Positions 40,955 through 50,933 of a DNA stretch of 52,470 bases are shown here, piece by piece (positions within the stretch are counted from its first letter, which is position 1; every line of letters begins with the position of its first letter). The stretch comes from Bacteroidales bacterium (GTDB taxonomy: Bacteria > Bacteroidota > Bacteroidia > Bacteroidales > UBA7960): positions 1 to 52,470 of the forward strand of contig PWZB01000181.1 in the NCBI GenBank assembly GCA_003567625.1. The letters run 5' to 3'. Made by a program: the position numbers and the translations under genes. The notes beneath the pieces are model-generated. The model had not been told where the DNA came from. It worked only from the letters and a program-made list of their open reading frames with translations, and ran no database searches.

Positions 40955-41926
40955 ATGACTTTAAATGAAATAAAAGCTCCCATCAAGAATCACATTAAAG
41001 AGTTTGAACACCGGTTCAGAAACTCCATGAAAAGCAAAGTACCGTTGCTTAATACTATTACAGGATACCTTGTAAAAAGGAAGGGCAAACAGATGCGCCC
41101 GATGTTTGTCTTTTTTTCCGCAAATATGTGCGGAGGCATCACGGAAAAAACATACAGGGCGGCTTCATTGATAGAACTGCTGCATACAGCAACGCTTATC
41201 CACGATGACGTGGTAGATGATTCCAACGAACGGAGAGGATTTTTTTCGCTTAATGCTCTTTGGAAAAATAAAATTTCGGTACTTGTCGGCGATTATCTCT
41301 TATCCAGGGGTCTGTTGCTGGCACTCGATAATAATGATTTTGAACTTTTAAAGATCGTTTCCAACTCCGTGAGAGAAATGAGCAAGGGAGAACTGCTGCA
41401 GGTAGAAAAAGCCAGGGTGCTCAATATTAAAGAAGAAATATATTTTGAAATAATAACAAAAAAAACAGCATCCCTGATTGCCGCATGCCTATGCAGCGGC
41501 GCAGCATCAGCACAAGCAAGCAATGAAACAATCGAAAAAATGCATCAAATAGGAATAAACATTGGAATTGCATTCCAGATTAAAGATGACCTGCTCGACC
41601 TGAATAAAAAATCCAAAACAGGCAAACCATCAGGAATGGATATCAAAGAACGGAAATTGACTTTGCCGCTCATATATCTTTTAAATAATGCAGGATTCAA
41701 CCAAAAAAGAAAAATAATCAATATCGTGAAAAACCATAATCATGACCCCGAAAAAGTTAACACTTTGATAAATATGATTAATGAAAGCGGCGGTTTTGAA
41801 TATACAAGAAATAAAATGACTCACTTTAAAAATGAGGCGCTCAAAATCCTGAACAGCTTTCCCGACAGCCAATCAAAACAATCTTTGGAAAAACTGATCA
41901 TTTTCACTATTACAAGAGATAATTAA
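40955..41926 (+). CDS. Long-chain trans-polyprenyl diphosphate synthase (IspB/HepT-like)
   Basis: GKQMRP, FARM LIHDDVVD..RRG, KTA and SARM FQIKDDLLD. ATG 40955 is preferred over TTG 40904. Confidence 0.9.
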   Translation: MTLNEIKAPIKNHIKEFEHRFRNSMKSKVPLLNTITGYLVKRKGKQMRPMFVFFSANMCGGITEKTYRAASLIELLHTATLIHDDVVDDSNERRGFFSLNALWKNKISVLVGDYLLSRGLLLALDNNDFELLKIVSNSVREMSKGELLQVEKARVLNIKEEIYFEIITKKTASLIAACLCSGAASAQASNETIEKMHQIGINIGIAFQIKDDLLDLNKKSKTGKPSGMDIKERKLTLPLIYLLNNAGFNQKRKIINIVKNHNHDPEKVNTLINMINESGGFEYTRNKMTHFKNEALKILNSFPDSQSKQSLEKLIIFTITRDN

Positions 41927-42034
41927 TCAGGCCCAATATCGTTATTTTAAGAAAAAATTGCCGCAAACATTACACTGAACTTGACATGTTGCGTTCTTGA
42001 AATTCAGCTATTAACCAGATATAAAAAAATAAAG

Positions 42035-43747
42035 ATGGTGTTCAAAACCTTTTCATTTATTATAATTCTTTTATCACTTTTTGCATTAAACCCTTTGACA
42101 TCTCAAAATATTCCTTTTTCAAACCGGCATGAGCAGTTGCACGGACAGGGAGATACTCTCGACGGTGAAAAACAGGGAAAATGGGTTTACTTTGATGAAA
42201 ACAATAAATTACGCAAAAAAGGCCGTTATGATTCCGGAAAAAGAACCGGCATCTGGGAGTTCTATGAAAACGATACGTTAAAAAAATCTGACTTCGATTA
42301 TGATAAGAATAAATACACCGGATATTATAAAGACGGAATAGTAAAAAAAACAGGATATTGGCACGAACCGGGCAAAGAAGGAAGATGGAAATACTACCAT
42401 GACAACGGGAAGAAAAAGTCTGAAGGCAATTATAAAAACGGCACAAAAACAGGGCTTTGGAAATTTTGGACATCATACGGTACTTTGAAAAGACACTATG
42501 ACCATGATACCGGTAAAACGGAAACTTTTTATCCGAACGGCAACACCAGAAAGAAAGGCACGCTTGTGGATGGCCTTAAAACGGGTAAATGGACATACCG
42601 GTATGAATCGGGCGCCATATGGTCGCAAGGTAAATACGAAGAAGGTGAAAAAACCGGAATGTGGGAACACTGGTATGAAGATGGGACAAAATGGTCGGAA
42701 ATCCAGCACGAAGAAGGTCTGTCAAGGGGCTGGCATCCAAACGGCAGGCTCGAAAGAAAAGGCTATATCAAAAACGGATTAAAAAACGGTATATGGGAAT
42801 TTTACCATGAAAATGGAGAACTTAAAGAAAAAACTGCCTATGCACAGGGCAAAAAATGTGGCGAAAGCAAAAAGTACTTTGAAAACACCATTTTAAAATT
42901 TGAAAGAACGTATAAAAAAAACCTGCTTCACGGTTATGCAAGATGGTTTTATGAAAACGGGAATCCGGAAATGGAAGGCAACCTTGTTGAAGACCTGCAG
43001 GACAGTACCTGGATCTTTTATCATGAAAACGGCAATATAGCCAGCAAAGGTGATTTTAAAGCCGGTATTCAACATGGTGAATGGACTTATTTTTACACTT
43101 GCGGCAACAAATTGCGCCGGGGACAAATTGAGAATGGTAACCGTACCGGTCTCTGGACTACCTGGTATGAATCCGGAGCCAAAAGCCATGAAGGTCGTTT
43201 CAAAGACAATATGGAAAACGGAGTCTGGATAAGCTGGTATAAAAACGGCCAAATGAAAGACCGTGGCACATTCAATATGGGCAAAATGGACGAAGTGTGG
43301 GAAGGATGGTTTGAAAACGGCCGTAAAAAATACATTATTAATTATAAAAACGACGCCCGCCATGGCCACACTCAACACTGGTACGATAATGGAAATAAAA
43401 GATATACAGGCACCTATAAAAACGGACTTTTGGAAGACAAATGGAAACAATGGTATAATAACGGTAATTTAATGGAAAAAGGGCTTTACAAGGAAGGACA
43501 AAAACAAGGCAAATGGTCATTTTATTGTAAACGGGGCGCTATAGCACAGGAACAGGAATTCAAAAATAACCGTCCGCAAGGTAAATTCACATCGTATTAT
43601 CAAAATGGTAATAGAAAACAATCCGGAAATTTCAAAAACGGAAAACGTACGGGAAGATGGATAATTTGGGATGAAACAGGAAACAGACTGCAACTCAGGG
43701 TATACGATGATAACGGTAACCTGGTCAGTCAAAGAGATTACAACTAA
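42035..43747 (+). CDS. Exported MORN-variant (YwqK-like) repeat protein
   Basis: Signal peptide after ATG 42035 and many roughly 24-aa G.W..YY.NG repeats. Confidence 0.82.
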   Translation: MVFKTFSFIIILLSLFALNPLTSQNIPFSNRHEQLHGQGDTLDGEKQGKWVYFDENNKLRKKGRYDSGKRTGIWEFYENDTLKKSDFDYDKNKYTGYYKDGIVKKTGYWHEPGKEGRWKYYHDNGKKKSEGNYKNGTKTGLWKFWTSYGTLKRHYDHDTGKTETFYPNGNTRKKGTLVDGLKTGKWTYRYESGAIWSQGKYEEGEKTGMWEHWYEDGTKWSEIQHEEGLSRGWHPNGRLERKGYIKNGLKNGIWEFYHENGELKEKTAYAQGKKCGESKKYFENTILKFERTYKKNLLHGYARWFYENGNPEMEGNLVEDLQDSTWIFYHENGNIASKGDFKAGIQHGEWTYFYTCGNKLRRGQIENGNRTGLWTTWYESGAKSHEGRFKDNMENGVWISWYKNGQMKDRGTFNMGKMDEVWEGWFENGRKKYIINYKNDARHGHTQHWYDNGNKRYTGTYKNGLLEDKWKQWYNNGNLMEKGLYKEGQKQGKWSFYCKRGAIAQEQEFKNNRPQGKFTSYYQNGNRKQSGNFKNGKRTGRWIIWDETGNRLQLRVYDDNGNLVSQRDYN

Positions 43748-44010
43748 ACTATGTCAACTGCCGATTTTAGATCTGGCGACAGCGAAATCCCGGCACTTCA
43801 GGACTGCCGGCTGAAAACCAACCCGTCATTGTTACTACTCCCTTCGGTAAAAAAAATCGCTCAACTAAGTTCATCTTCTTTTATGAACGCTTTGTGAAGA
43901 AAGGAGGTTTTCATTAAAGAATATCAGGCATGGATTTTGCTGCAGAATTTTGTAAAACACAACCAAAAGCAAATCACAAACAGATTTAAAAATAAAGTGA
44001 GTTTTCAGGT

Positions 44011-45867
44011 GTGAATCAAATAAAAACTTTAACCTTAGTTTGTTTCAGCTTTTTTTTAGCTGTTTTTTCTTTGCACGGTCAAACAAAATTTATTCAGGGT
44101 TATGTGATGGATGAAAACAGCGGTGATCCTTTGCCTTTTGCCCATATTGTGCTGGAAAATACGGGTTTTGGCACAGTTTCAAACAGGGAGGGATATTTCA
44201 GGTATAACCTGCCTGAAAACATAAATTTTCCGGTTAAAGTCTCTGTTTCCTTCGTTGGGTACGCAAACATGCATATGAAAATTGATGATACAAGACCCCG
44301 CATATTTAACTTGAAACCCGAAGATGCGGTTTTGTCTGAAATAGTAGTTGAAGCCGATTTTGTTATTGAATTGTTGGAAAATACCTTTAATAAAATTGCC
44401 GAAAATTATCCCGATGATGATTCAAGGTATAAGGGATTTTACCGTCAAACTATATACAAACACGATACCGTGGTTTACATGGGTGAAGCTTTTATTGACT
44501 CCTACAAAAGCTCATATAAAAGACCTGTAATGGACTCTCAAATTGAAATATTAAAATTCAGAAAATTTACCAGCCTGCCAAATTATGAAGACAGTATAAA
44601 GTTTTATGGTGGGGTTTTTAATACTTATTTAGCCGACTATGTAAAGCTAAAGGCTCACTTTTTAAATCCGAGATTTTTTGACAAATTTGATTACACATAC
44701 GAAAAAAAAATATCTTACGCAGGTGAAATGAATTACAAAATAGACTTTGAACATACCGAAACTGACGCAGGTGGTACTATTTTGATAAATGAAAATGGCC
44801 TGGCTATTACAAATATTTATTTCGAAACTATTGACAGTGTTTATACGGAATCATTTTTCAGGGGATTTTCCTCGGCAAACGTTAACTACGCTAAATTAGA
44901 TGGCAAATATTATCTTAATAATTACGATATAAAAATTCATTATGTTAATATATTAACAGGGGAGAAATTCGTCTTTAATGCTGTTTATGCTGTTTCTGAA
45001 GCTTTTTTAAATGATGCTTCTCCTATCCCATACAGAAAAACCGCAAAATACAGAGACATATTTATGGACAGCCCCGTTGATACCAGCAGCACATTTTGGG
45101 AAAATTACAATATCATTGAAGATGATACTCAAATAAAAAGTTTTACATCGAAATATGAACCCGACCCCCCGGCAGTTAAAACAAACCTTCTAAGAAACCT
45201 GCCGGGATTACTTGAAAATTTCTCTTTCCAAGTCGGAGCCGGCAATACCTGGACGAGCAATTATCTTTATCCCAACGAATTGATAGCATATGAACATTCC
45301 GATAGTGAAACTGAAAAAGCAAGATATGTATATGATGATAAGCCTGTTAATAATTTGTTGTTTTCCATGAGTTATAATATAACGAGGTTACTATCTGTCA
45401 ATTATAACTTTGCAATGAACTTTTTTTCAAAAGACAGTTATATCGGTCATGAGCTTTCCTGTTTATACAAAGCCAGGATAAAGCATTATGGTAATCCGAT
45501 GTTTATAGATGGAGGCTTGGGGTTTTCCTCTTTCACATACAAAAAACATCCTGAATTTGAGAAAAGGTCTCAGACTTATCCTTTTATTTTTCGAAGCGAG
45601 GATATATATTATGCAGGAATAGAAGGCAGAGCTTATTTTTTAGAAGCGCAACTGACTTACTTCCCGGAAAGGTTTATAGGTGTGGCGTTGAGCGCCAAAC
45701 TAGCTTATATAGCCGAATATAGCTGGTTCTACAAGCACAATGAAGACAGGATACATGATCATACATACCGGGCTTTCAACATACATCATGAAAATATCTT
45801 TTTCAAAGACCGCCTAAAACCATCCGTATCAATAGGTATAAGATTCCATCCTTTTGGAGCATTCTAA
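44011..45867 (+). CDS. Exported protein with carboxypeptidase-regulatory-like N-terminal domain and probable C-terminal beta-barrel
   Basis: Signal peptide, PLPFAHI..GTVSN.EG.F, SFVGY, FWENYNII, alternating aromatic strands and terminal Phe; GTG start. Confidence 0.7.
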   Translation: MNQIKTLTLVCFSFFLAVFSLHGQTKFIQGYVMDENSGDPLPFAHIVLENTGFGTVSNREGYFRYNLPENINFPVKVSVSFVGYANMHMKIDDTRPRIFNLKPEDAVLSEIVVEADFVIELLENTFNKIAENYPDDDSRYKGFYRQTIYKHDTVVYMGEAFIDSYKSSYKRPVMDSQIEILKFRKFTSLPNYEDSIKFYGGVFNTYLADYVKLKAHFLNPRFFDKFDYTYEKKISYAGEMNYKIDFEHTETDAGGTILINENGLAITNIYFETIDSVYTESFFRGFSSANVNYAKLDGKYYLNNYDIKIHYVNILTGEKFVFNAVYAVSEAFLNDASPIPYRKTAKYRDIFMDSPVDTSSTFWENYNIIEDDTQIKSFTSKYEPDPPAVKTNLLRNLPGLLENFSFQVGAGNTWTSNYLYPNELIAYEHSDSETEKARYVYDDKPVNNLLFSMSYNITRLLSVNYNFAMNFFSKDSYIGHELSCLYKARIKHYGNPMFIDGGLGFSSFTYKKHPEFEKRSQTYPFIFRSEDIYYAGIEGRAYFLEAQLTYFPERFIGVALSAKLAYIAEYSWFYKHNEDRIHDHTYRAFNIHHENIFFKDRLKPSVSIGIRFHPFGAF

Positions 45868-45907
45868 AAAAAATTCAGTCAAAAATTTACACTGTAAAAT
45901 TTCTTAT

Positions 45908-46269
45908 CACTACTGTCTGATTAAAATTAATTATAGCCACTAAGTATTCGGGAGGATTGAGCCTCCAACCTCAAAAACAGATAACTTTGCAAAAAAGCAG
46001 CTTCAACACTGTGATAAAAAATACTGTAAGTCAACGATTTAGAAAGAGTTATATAGGAGGCACCAGGACACTAAGAAACACAAAGTTGATAGTATTGATT
46101 GTCTGGTTCTTAGAGTTATTTCACTTCGTTCAATACAAGCTTTGAGTTTTTGAGTCTTTTAGTGGCATAAAAGAAATATAAATATTACCATCTAAATAGT
46201 CAATTTTAATGAAATTGTTATCAATATTGATATTCATGAGTTTCAAAAGATTTTAACCGGACAGTAGTG
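45908..46269. mobile_element. 362-bp MITE with terminal inverted repeats and 9-bp target-site duplication (IS4-like ends)
   Basis: CACTACTGTCTGATTAAAAT / ATTTTAACCGGACAGTAGTG match 18/20. A perfect ATTTCTTAT direct repeat lies at 45899-45907 and 46270-46278. No transposase inside. Confidence 0.88.
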
Positions 46270-46391
46270 ATTTCTTATATAAAAGCCTTATTTCTTCCTT
46301 AGCAGAATGAGCAGTATTCCGCGATTATACGACCTTATTACCTTATATTAATCAGGTCTGATCTTTATATTATAATACCAGGTTAAATACG

Positions 46392-46439
46392 AAAAAGAGA
46401 GATTGTTTTAATAAAAAAAGTTATTAACAATCCCTCTTT
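46392..46439 (-). terminator. Putative terminator of the ArsR gene
   Basis: AAAGAGAGATTGTT...AACAATCCCTCTTT stem with a U tract on the minus strand. Confidence 0.55.
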
Positions 46440-46467
46440 AAAATTCAAAAATCAATCTTGTTTGAGC

Positions 46468-46764
46468 TTACTGATTACATTTATCAATACACTCAATAAT
46501 GGTTTTTAACGCATTGTCTTTCAATGAATAAAAAGTATTTTTCCCGCTTCTTCTGCTTTCAAGAACACCTTTACTCTTTAAAATGTTCAGGTGATGTGAA
46601 GCTGAAGCCTGCTCAATTTTCAACTTTTCATAAATTGAGGTTACATTCATTTGCTTGTTCTTATCAAGCATCTCGATAATCGCTATTCGCATCGGATGCG
46701 CAATAGCACGCAATTTACTTGCTGCATCTTCAAGTTTTCTTGCGTCAAGTTTCTGATTTGCCAT
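46468..46764 (-). CDS. ArsR/SmtB family transcriptional regulator
   Basis: LRAIAHPMR, EQASASHHL and RSGKNTFYSL. A TACCTTTG -7 element lies upstream on the minus strand (46810-46817). Confidence 0.88.
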   Translation of the reverse strand: MANQKLDARKLEDAASKLRAIAHPMRIAIIEMLDKNKQMNVTSIYEKLKIEQASASHHLNILKSKGVLESRRSGKNTFYSLKDNALKTIIECIDKCNQ

Positions 46765-46915
46765 AGTTTTATCTAGTTTATAGTTATCAAAAAAAACATT
46801 TTCAACCTCAAAGGTATAAAATATTTAGATATTAATTATAGCTTTTTGCCTTTTTGTTGCATTTTTTTATTGTTTTATGATTATCGGCAAAATATTTAAC
46901 ATTTATTATATATAT

Positions 46916-47671
46916 TTATTCGACTTTTTGTTTGCAAACTTTTGCTTTAAAAAATTCGCGATTCATTTTGGCAATAAATTCAACCGGTATTCCTTTAGGG
47001 CAATCATGCTCACAACTATAAGTATTTGAACATCCGCCGAAGCCTGATTCATCCATTTTCTTGACCATTTTCTGAACCCTTTCGGCAGCTTCAGGCTTAC
47101 CATGCGGAAGCAATGCCATTTGAGATACTTTAGCGGCTACAAACAACATAGCGGAAGAATTTTTACACGCGGCAACACAGGCGCCGCAACCTATACATTC
47201 GGCAGCATCAAACGCTTTATCCGACAAATGTTTGCCGACAGGAATAGAATTTGCCTCGGGCGCCGAACCCGTATCAACGCTAATATATCCGCCTTGCCTG
47301 ATGATCTCGTCCAAAGCCGTACGGTCAACCATAAGATCCTTGATAACAGGAAAAGCCCTCGAACGCCAAGGCTCAACAACAATAGTGCTGCCATCCTTAA
47401 ATGAACGCAAATGCAACTCACATGTGGTAGTCCTCTTCTCAGGACCATGCGCCCGCCCGTTTATGTACAAACCACAAGCTCCACAAATCCCCTCACGACA
47501 ATCATGATCAAAAGAAACAGGGTCTTCACCACTTTTAATTAATTGCTCATTCAAAAAATCCAGCATCTCCAGAAAAGACATCTCAGGAGATACGTTTTCA
47601 AGATTATATTTAACAAAACGCCCCTTCACTTTAGCGTTTCTTTGCCGCCAAATTTTTAACGTGATCTTCAT
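46916..47671 (-). CDS. sdhB: Succinate dehydrogenase/fumarate reductase iron-sulfur subunit
   Basis: [21 protein letters not shown] and GGCSNTYSC...CPK. ATG 47671 ([10 protein letters not shown]) is preferred. Confidence 0.95.
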   Translation of the reverse strand: MKITLKIWRQRNAKVKGRFVKYNLENVSPEMSFLEMLDFLNEQLIKSGEDPVSFDHDCREGICGACGLYINGRAHGPEKRTTTCELHLRSFKDGSTIVVEPWRSRAFPVIKDLMVDRTALDEIIRQGGYISVDTGSAPEANSIPVGKHLSDKAFDAAECIGCGACVAACKNSSAMLFVAAKVSQMALLPHGKPEAAERVQKMVKKMDESGFGGCSNTYSCEHDCPKGIPVEFIAKMNREFFKAKVCKQKVE

Positions 47672-47714
47672 GATTTTATAAAATGTGTTTAACAATTATT
47701 TTTAAAAAAAACTT

Positions 47715-48046
47715 GACTTTATAGACAAAGTCTAACTTAAATTTAAAAAAGCACCAAGAACAAACAAGCACCAAATAACAAGCACCAAATAACAAGCACC
47801 AAATAACAAGCACCAAATAACAAACAAATTCCAAAAATCAATTTTCAAAATTCCAAACCAATCCGTCTTGTTGTTTTGGTCATTGAAATTTTGAAAATTG
47901 GAATTTATTTGAGATTTGTCATTTGAGATTTGGTATTTGAGATTTGGTATTTGTTCACATATTATATAATTTATTAGGTGTTCACGAGCTCACTTTGTTC
48001 GGTTCATTATTGCAATTATTAGATAAATGTTCGACTTTATGGACAG
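47715..48046. mobile_element. Composite repeat element between sdhA and sdhB
   Basis: Contains the heptamer-armed core shared with 7488-7517 and 22084-22113. Its right part 47948-48046 is the reverse complement of 52330-52464. Confidence 0.7.
47765..47820 (+). repeat. Four perfect tandem copies of the 14-mer CAAGCACCAAATAA
   Basis: Units start at 47765, 47779, 47793 and 47807. Confidence 0.95.
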
Positions 48047-48076
48047 GGAGCAATCAGTCTCTTGGTCCCTTACTCT

Positions 48077-49996
48077 CTATTTATAACTTCTCTGCCCAGG
48101 TTTAACAAATTCAAAATTCAGGTCTTCTTTATGAAAATCATGCTTTTGCCCCTCGCCTTTATATTCCCAGGCGGCAACATAAGCATACTCCTTATCGTTT
48201 CGTAATGTCTCACCGGTCTCGGTCTGCGACTCTTCCCTGAAATGCGCCCCGCATGACTCATTACGATTCAATGCATCCTGGCACATTAACTGCCCGATCT
48301 CAAAGAAAGTTTCAACCCTCAGTGCCTTTTCGAGCTCCTGGTTAAGCTCGTTGCCGTTACCCGGTATTCGTAATTTATTATAAAACTCTTCCTCCAACTC
48401 CTTTAATAGCTTTACGCCTTTTTTAATTCCTTCTTCGTTCCTTATCATCCCACAATAATCCCACAATATTTTTCCTAATCTCCTGTGAAATGAAGTGGCC
48501 GTTTCATCGCCTTTTATGGCGATAAGCCGGTTAATCCGTTCATTTATAGCCTTTTCGGCCTCATCAAATTCGGGTGTATCTGTTGGAATTTTGGAAGTAG
48601 CGATCTCTCCGGCAAGGTAATCGGCAATTGTATAAGGCAGTATAAAATATCCATCGCCCGCGCACTGCATTAAAGAGTTAGCGCCAAGCCTGTTAGCACC
48701 ATGGTCGGAAAAGTTGGCTTCGCCGATAGCATATAGCCCGTTGATAGTGGTCATAAGATTATAATCTACCCAAAGCCCTCCCATAGTATAATGACCTGCC
48801 GGGTATATTCTCATGGGCTCATCATAAGGTATTATACCTGTGATCTTCTCATACATCTCAAACAAATTCCCATACTTATTTTGTATAGCTTTCTTTCCTT
48901 GTTTTTCAATAGCACCTTTAAAATCGAGATAGACAGCCAGGCCGGTATCGCCTACTCCATATCCCGCGTCGCATCTTTCTTTGGCAGCCCTTGAGCCTAC
49001 ATCGCGGGGAACAAGATTACCATAAGCCGGATACCTGCGTTCAAGGTAGTAATCACGTTCATCTTCGGGAATTTCATTCGGATGGCGTTTGTCGTTTTTG
49101 GCTTTCGGAACCCATACCCTGCCGTCATTACGTAGTGATTCGGACATTAATGTCAGCTTTGACTGGTATTCATTAAGAACAGGCACGCTGGTGGGATGAA
49201 TCTGAATAAAGCTAGGATTGGCAAACAATGCTCCCTTTTTATGCGCAACCCATGCAGCCATAGGATTCGAGGCCAAAGCCAGGGTTGACAAATAAAAGAC
49301 AGTGCCATAACCCCCCGTTGCAAGTACAACGGCATGAGCCGAGTACCTCTCAAGCTCGCCGCTAACAAGATTACGGGCTATTATACCGCGCGCCTGACCG
49401 TCAACTATGACCAGGTCAACCATTTCACGGCGAGAATACATTTTTACCGTTCCCTTGCTCACCTGTCTGCTCAATGACGAATATGAGCCAAGCAAACATT
49501 GCTGACCCGTCTGGCCTTTGGCATAAAAAGTCCTTGAAACCTGGACACCACCAAAAGACCTCGTATCAAGCATTCCACCATAATCATGGGCAAAAGGAAC
49601 ACCAACAGCCGTATAATGGTCTATCACATTATTGCTTACCTCTGCAGCACGATAAACATTCGCCTCACGCGCACGATAATCACCGCCTTTGATAGTATCA
49701 AGAAACAAGCGATAAACACCATCCCCGTCATTTTTATAGTTCTTTGCAGCATTAATGCCTCCCTGTGCCGCCACCGAATGTGCCCTGCGAGGTGTGTCCT
49801 GGAAACAAAAAACCTTCACATTATAACCCAGCTCACCCAAAGAGCTTGCAGCAGAAGCCCCGGCAAGGCCAGTGCCAACTACTATTACATCAAGCTTCTT
49901 ACGATTTGCCGGACTAACCAACCTTAAACCCGTCTTGTATGACTCCCATTTATCAGCTAAAGGACCTGACGGTATTTTTGAATCAAGTTTTATCAT
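48077..49996 (-). CDS. sdhA: Succinate dehydrogenase/fumarate reductase flavoprotein subunit
   Basis: [21 protein letters not shown] (covalent FAD His), QIHPT, HYTMGG and [11 protein letters not shown]. Confidence 0.96.
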   Translation of the reverse strand: MIKLDSKIPSGPLADKWESYKTGLRLVSPANRKKLDVIVVGTGLAGASAASSLGELGYNVKVFCFQDTPRRAHSVAAQGGINAAKNYKNDGDGVYRLFLDTIKGGDYRAREANVYRAAEVSNNVIDHYTAVGVPFAHDYGGMLDTRSFGGVQVSRTFYAKGQTGQQCLLGSYSSLSRQVSKGTVKMYSRREMVDLVIVDGQARGIIARNLVSGELERYSAHAVVLATGGYGTVFYLSTLALASNPMAAWVAHKKGALFANPSFIQIHPTSVPVLNEYQSKLTLMSESLRNDGRVWVPKAKNDKRHPNEIPEDERDYYLERRYPAYGNLVPRDVGSRAAKERCDAGYGVGDTGLAVYLDFKGAIEKQGKKAIQNKYGNLFEMYEKITGIIPYDEPMRIYPAGHYTMGGLWVDYNLMTTINGLYAIGEANFSDHGANRLGANSLMQCAGDGYFILPYTIADYLAGEIATSKIPTDTPEFDEAEKAINERINRLIAIKGDETATSFHRRLGKILWDYCGMIRNEEGIKKGVKLLKELEEEFYNKLRIPGNGNELNQELEKALRVETFFEIGQLMCQDALNRNESCGAHFREESQTETGETLRNDKEYAYVAAWEYKGEGQKHDFHKEDLNFEFVKPGQRSYK

Positions 49997-50024
49997 AATT
50001 CAATACTTTCTGAGTTGATCAATT

Positions 50025-50696
50025 TTAATTATAAAAAAATAAAAAATATATCGGAATAGTTGCAAAACCAACTGAAATAACAATTGCATATATCGTTCCT
50101 ATTACCTTGATCGCGGGTGTGTATTTGTTATGACTTAAACCCAGCGACTGAAAGGCTGACTGAAAAGCATGCTTAAGATGAAAAGCCAAGAACACAAAAG
50201 AAACAAGGTATATTATTGAATATAAAGGAGTCTGAAAAATGGCTGCTGCCATCGGAAAAAAATCATGCTTGCCCGAAGCCACCGGAGGAATATCAACAAA
50301 TCCAAGCTTTACATAGAAAAAGTGAAAAAAATGAATGAACAGAAAAATAAAAATTATAACCCCGGTATGTATCATATATTTTGAAAACATTGACTTTTCC
50401 GTTTTTAACGACCTGGAGTATTTTACAGGCCGCGCACGATAGTTGGACACTTCCATTATCACGCCTATCAAAATATGAATAAAAAAGCCGCCAAACAGAA
50501 CATACTCCATTATCTTTATCAACGGATTGGTTATCATAAATTGTACAGCCTGCCCGAAAAGCTTGCCGTCATCTCCAACTATCATAAGTATGTTAATGCT
50601 CAAATGAACTAAGAGGAAAAGCATCAAAAAAATGCCCGCCAATGCCATAATATACTTCTGGCTAACCGTTGTAACTCGTGTCTTTTTATCACCCAT
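50025..50696 (-). CDS. sdhC: Succinate dehydrogenase cytochrome b558 subunit
   Basis: KYIMALAG, heme-ligand His residues (LVHL, FIHI, FIHF, FHLKH), SAFQSLG, five TM segments; first gene of sdhCAB. Confidence 0.92.
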   Translation of the reverse strand: MGDKKTRVTTVSQKYIMALAGIFLMLFLLVHLSINILMIVGDDGKLFGQAVQFMITNPLIKIMEYVLFGGFFIHILIGVIMEVSNYRARPVKYSRSLKTEKSMFSKYMIHTGVIIFIFLFIHFFHFFYVKLGFVDIPPVASGKHDFFPMAAAIFQTPLYSIIYLVSFVFLAFHLKHAFQSAFQSLGLSHNKYTPAIKVIGTIYAIVISVGFATIPIYFLFFYN

Positions 50697-50933
50697 CGCT
50701 TTTTATTAATATTATAATATAAAAACATATTGACTAACCCGTAATGTAAAATCACAATATTACACTTTTTTAAACTTCATTCAAAATTTTTCAAATAATT
50801 TTAATCAAATTCGATAAGTTTAAATTATTATTGCATAAACATTAAATTCATTCTATAACAATTTGTGTGGGTAAAAATATAAATTTGTATTACCGGAATC
50901 CTCAATTAAAAAAAATAATTAAAACCGTAAAAT

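Noticed and set aside
42035-43747. YwqJK-type toxin-antitoxin system
   Set aside because: No adjacent toxin or deaminase gene, and the protein has a signal peptide.
43751-43897. 48-codon ORF or structured RNA after the MORN gene
   Set aside because: Only a 6-bp CCGGCA/TGCCGG stem and a REP-like fragment; no recognisable RNA family or protein motif.
45957-46145. 62-aa ORF inside the MITE as a transposase remnant
   Set aside because: TTG start, no recognisable DDE or HTH sequence, and it runs across non-coding palindrome arms.
47765-47820. CRISPR array
   Set aside because: The 14-bp units are contiguous with no spacers and no cas genes nearby; it is a tandem repeat.
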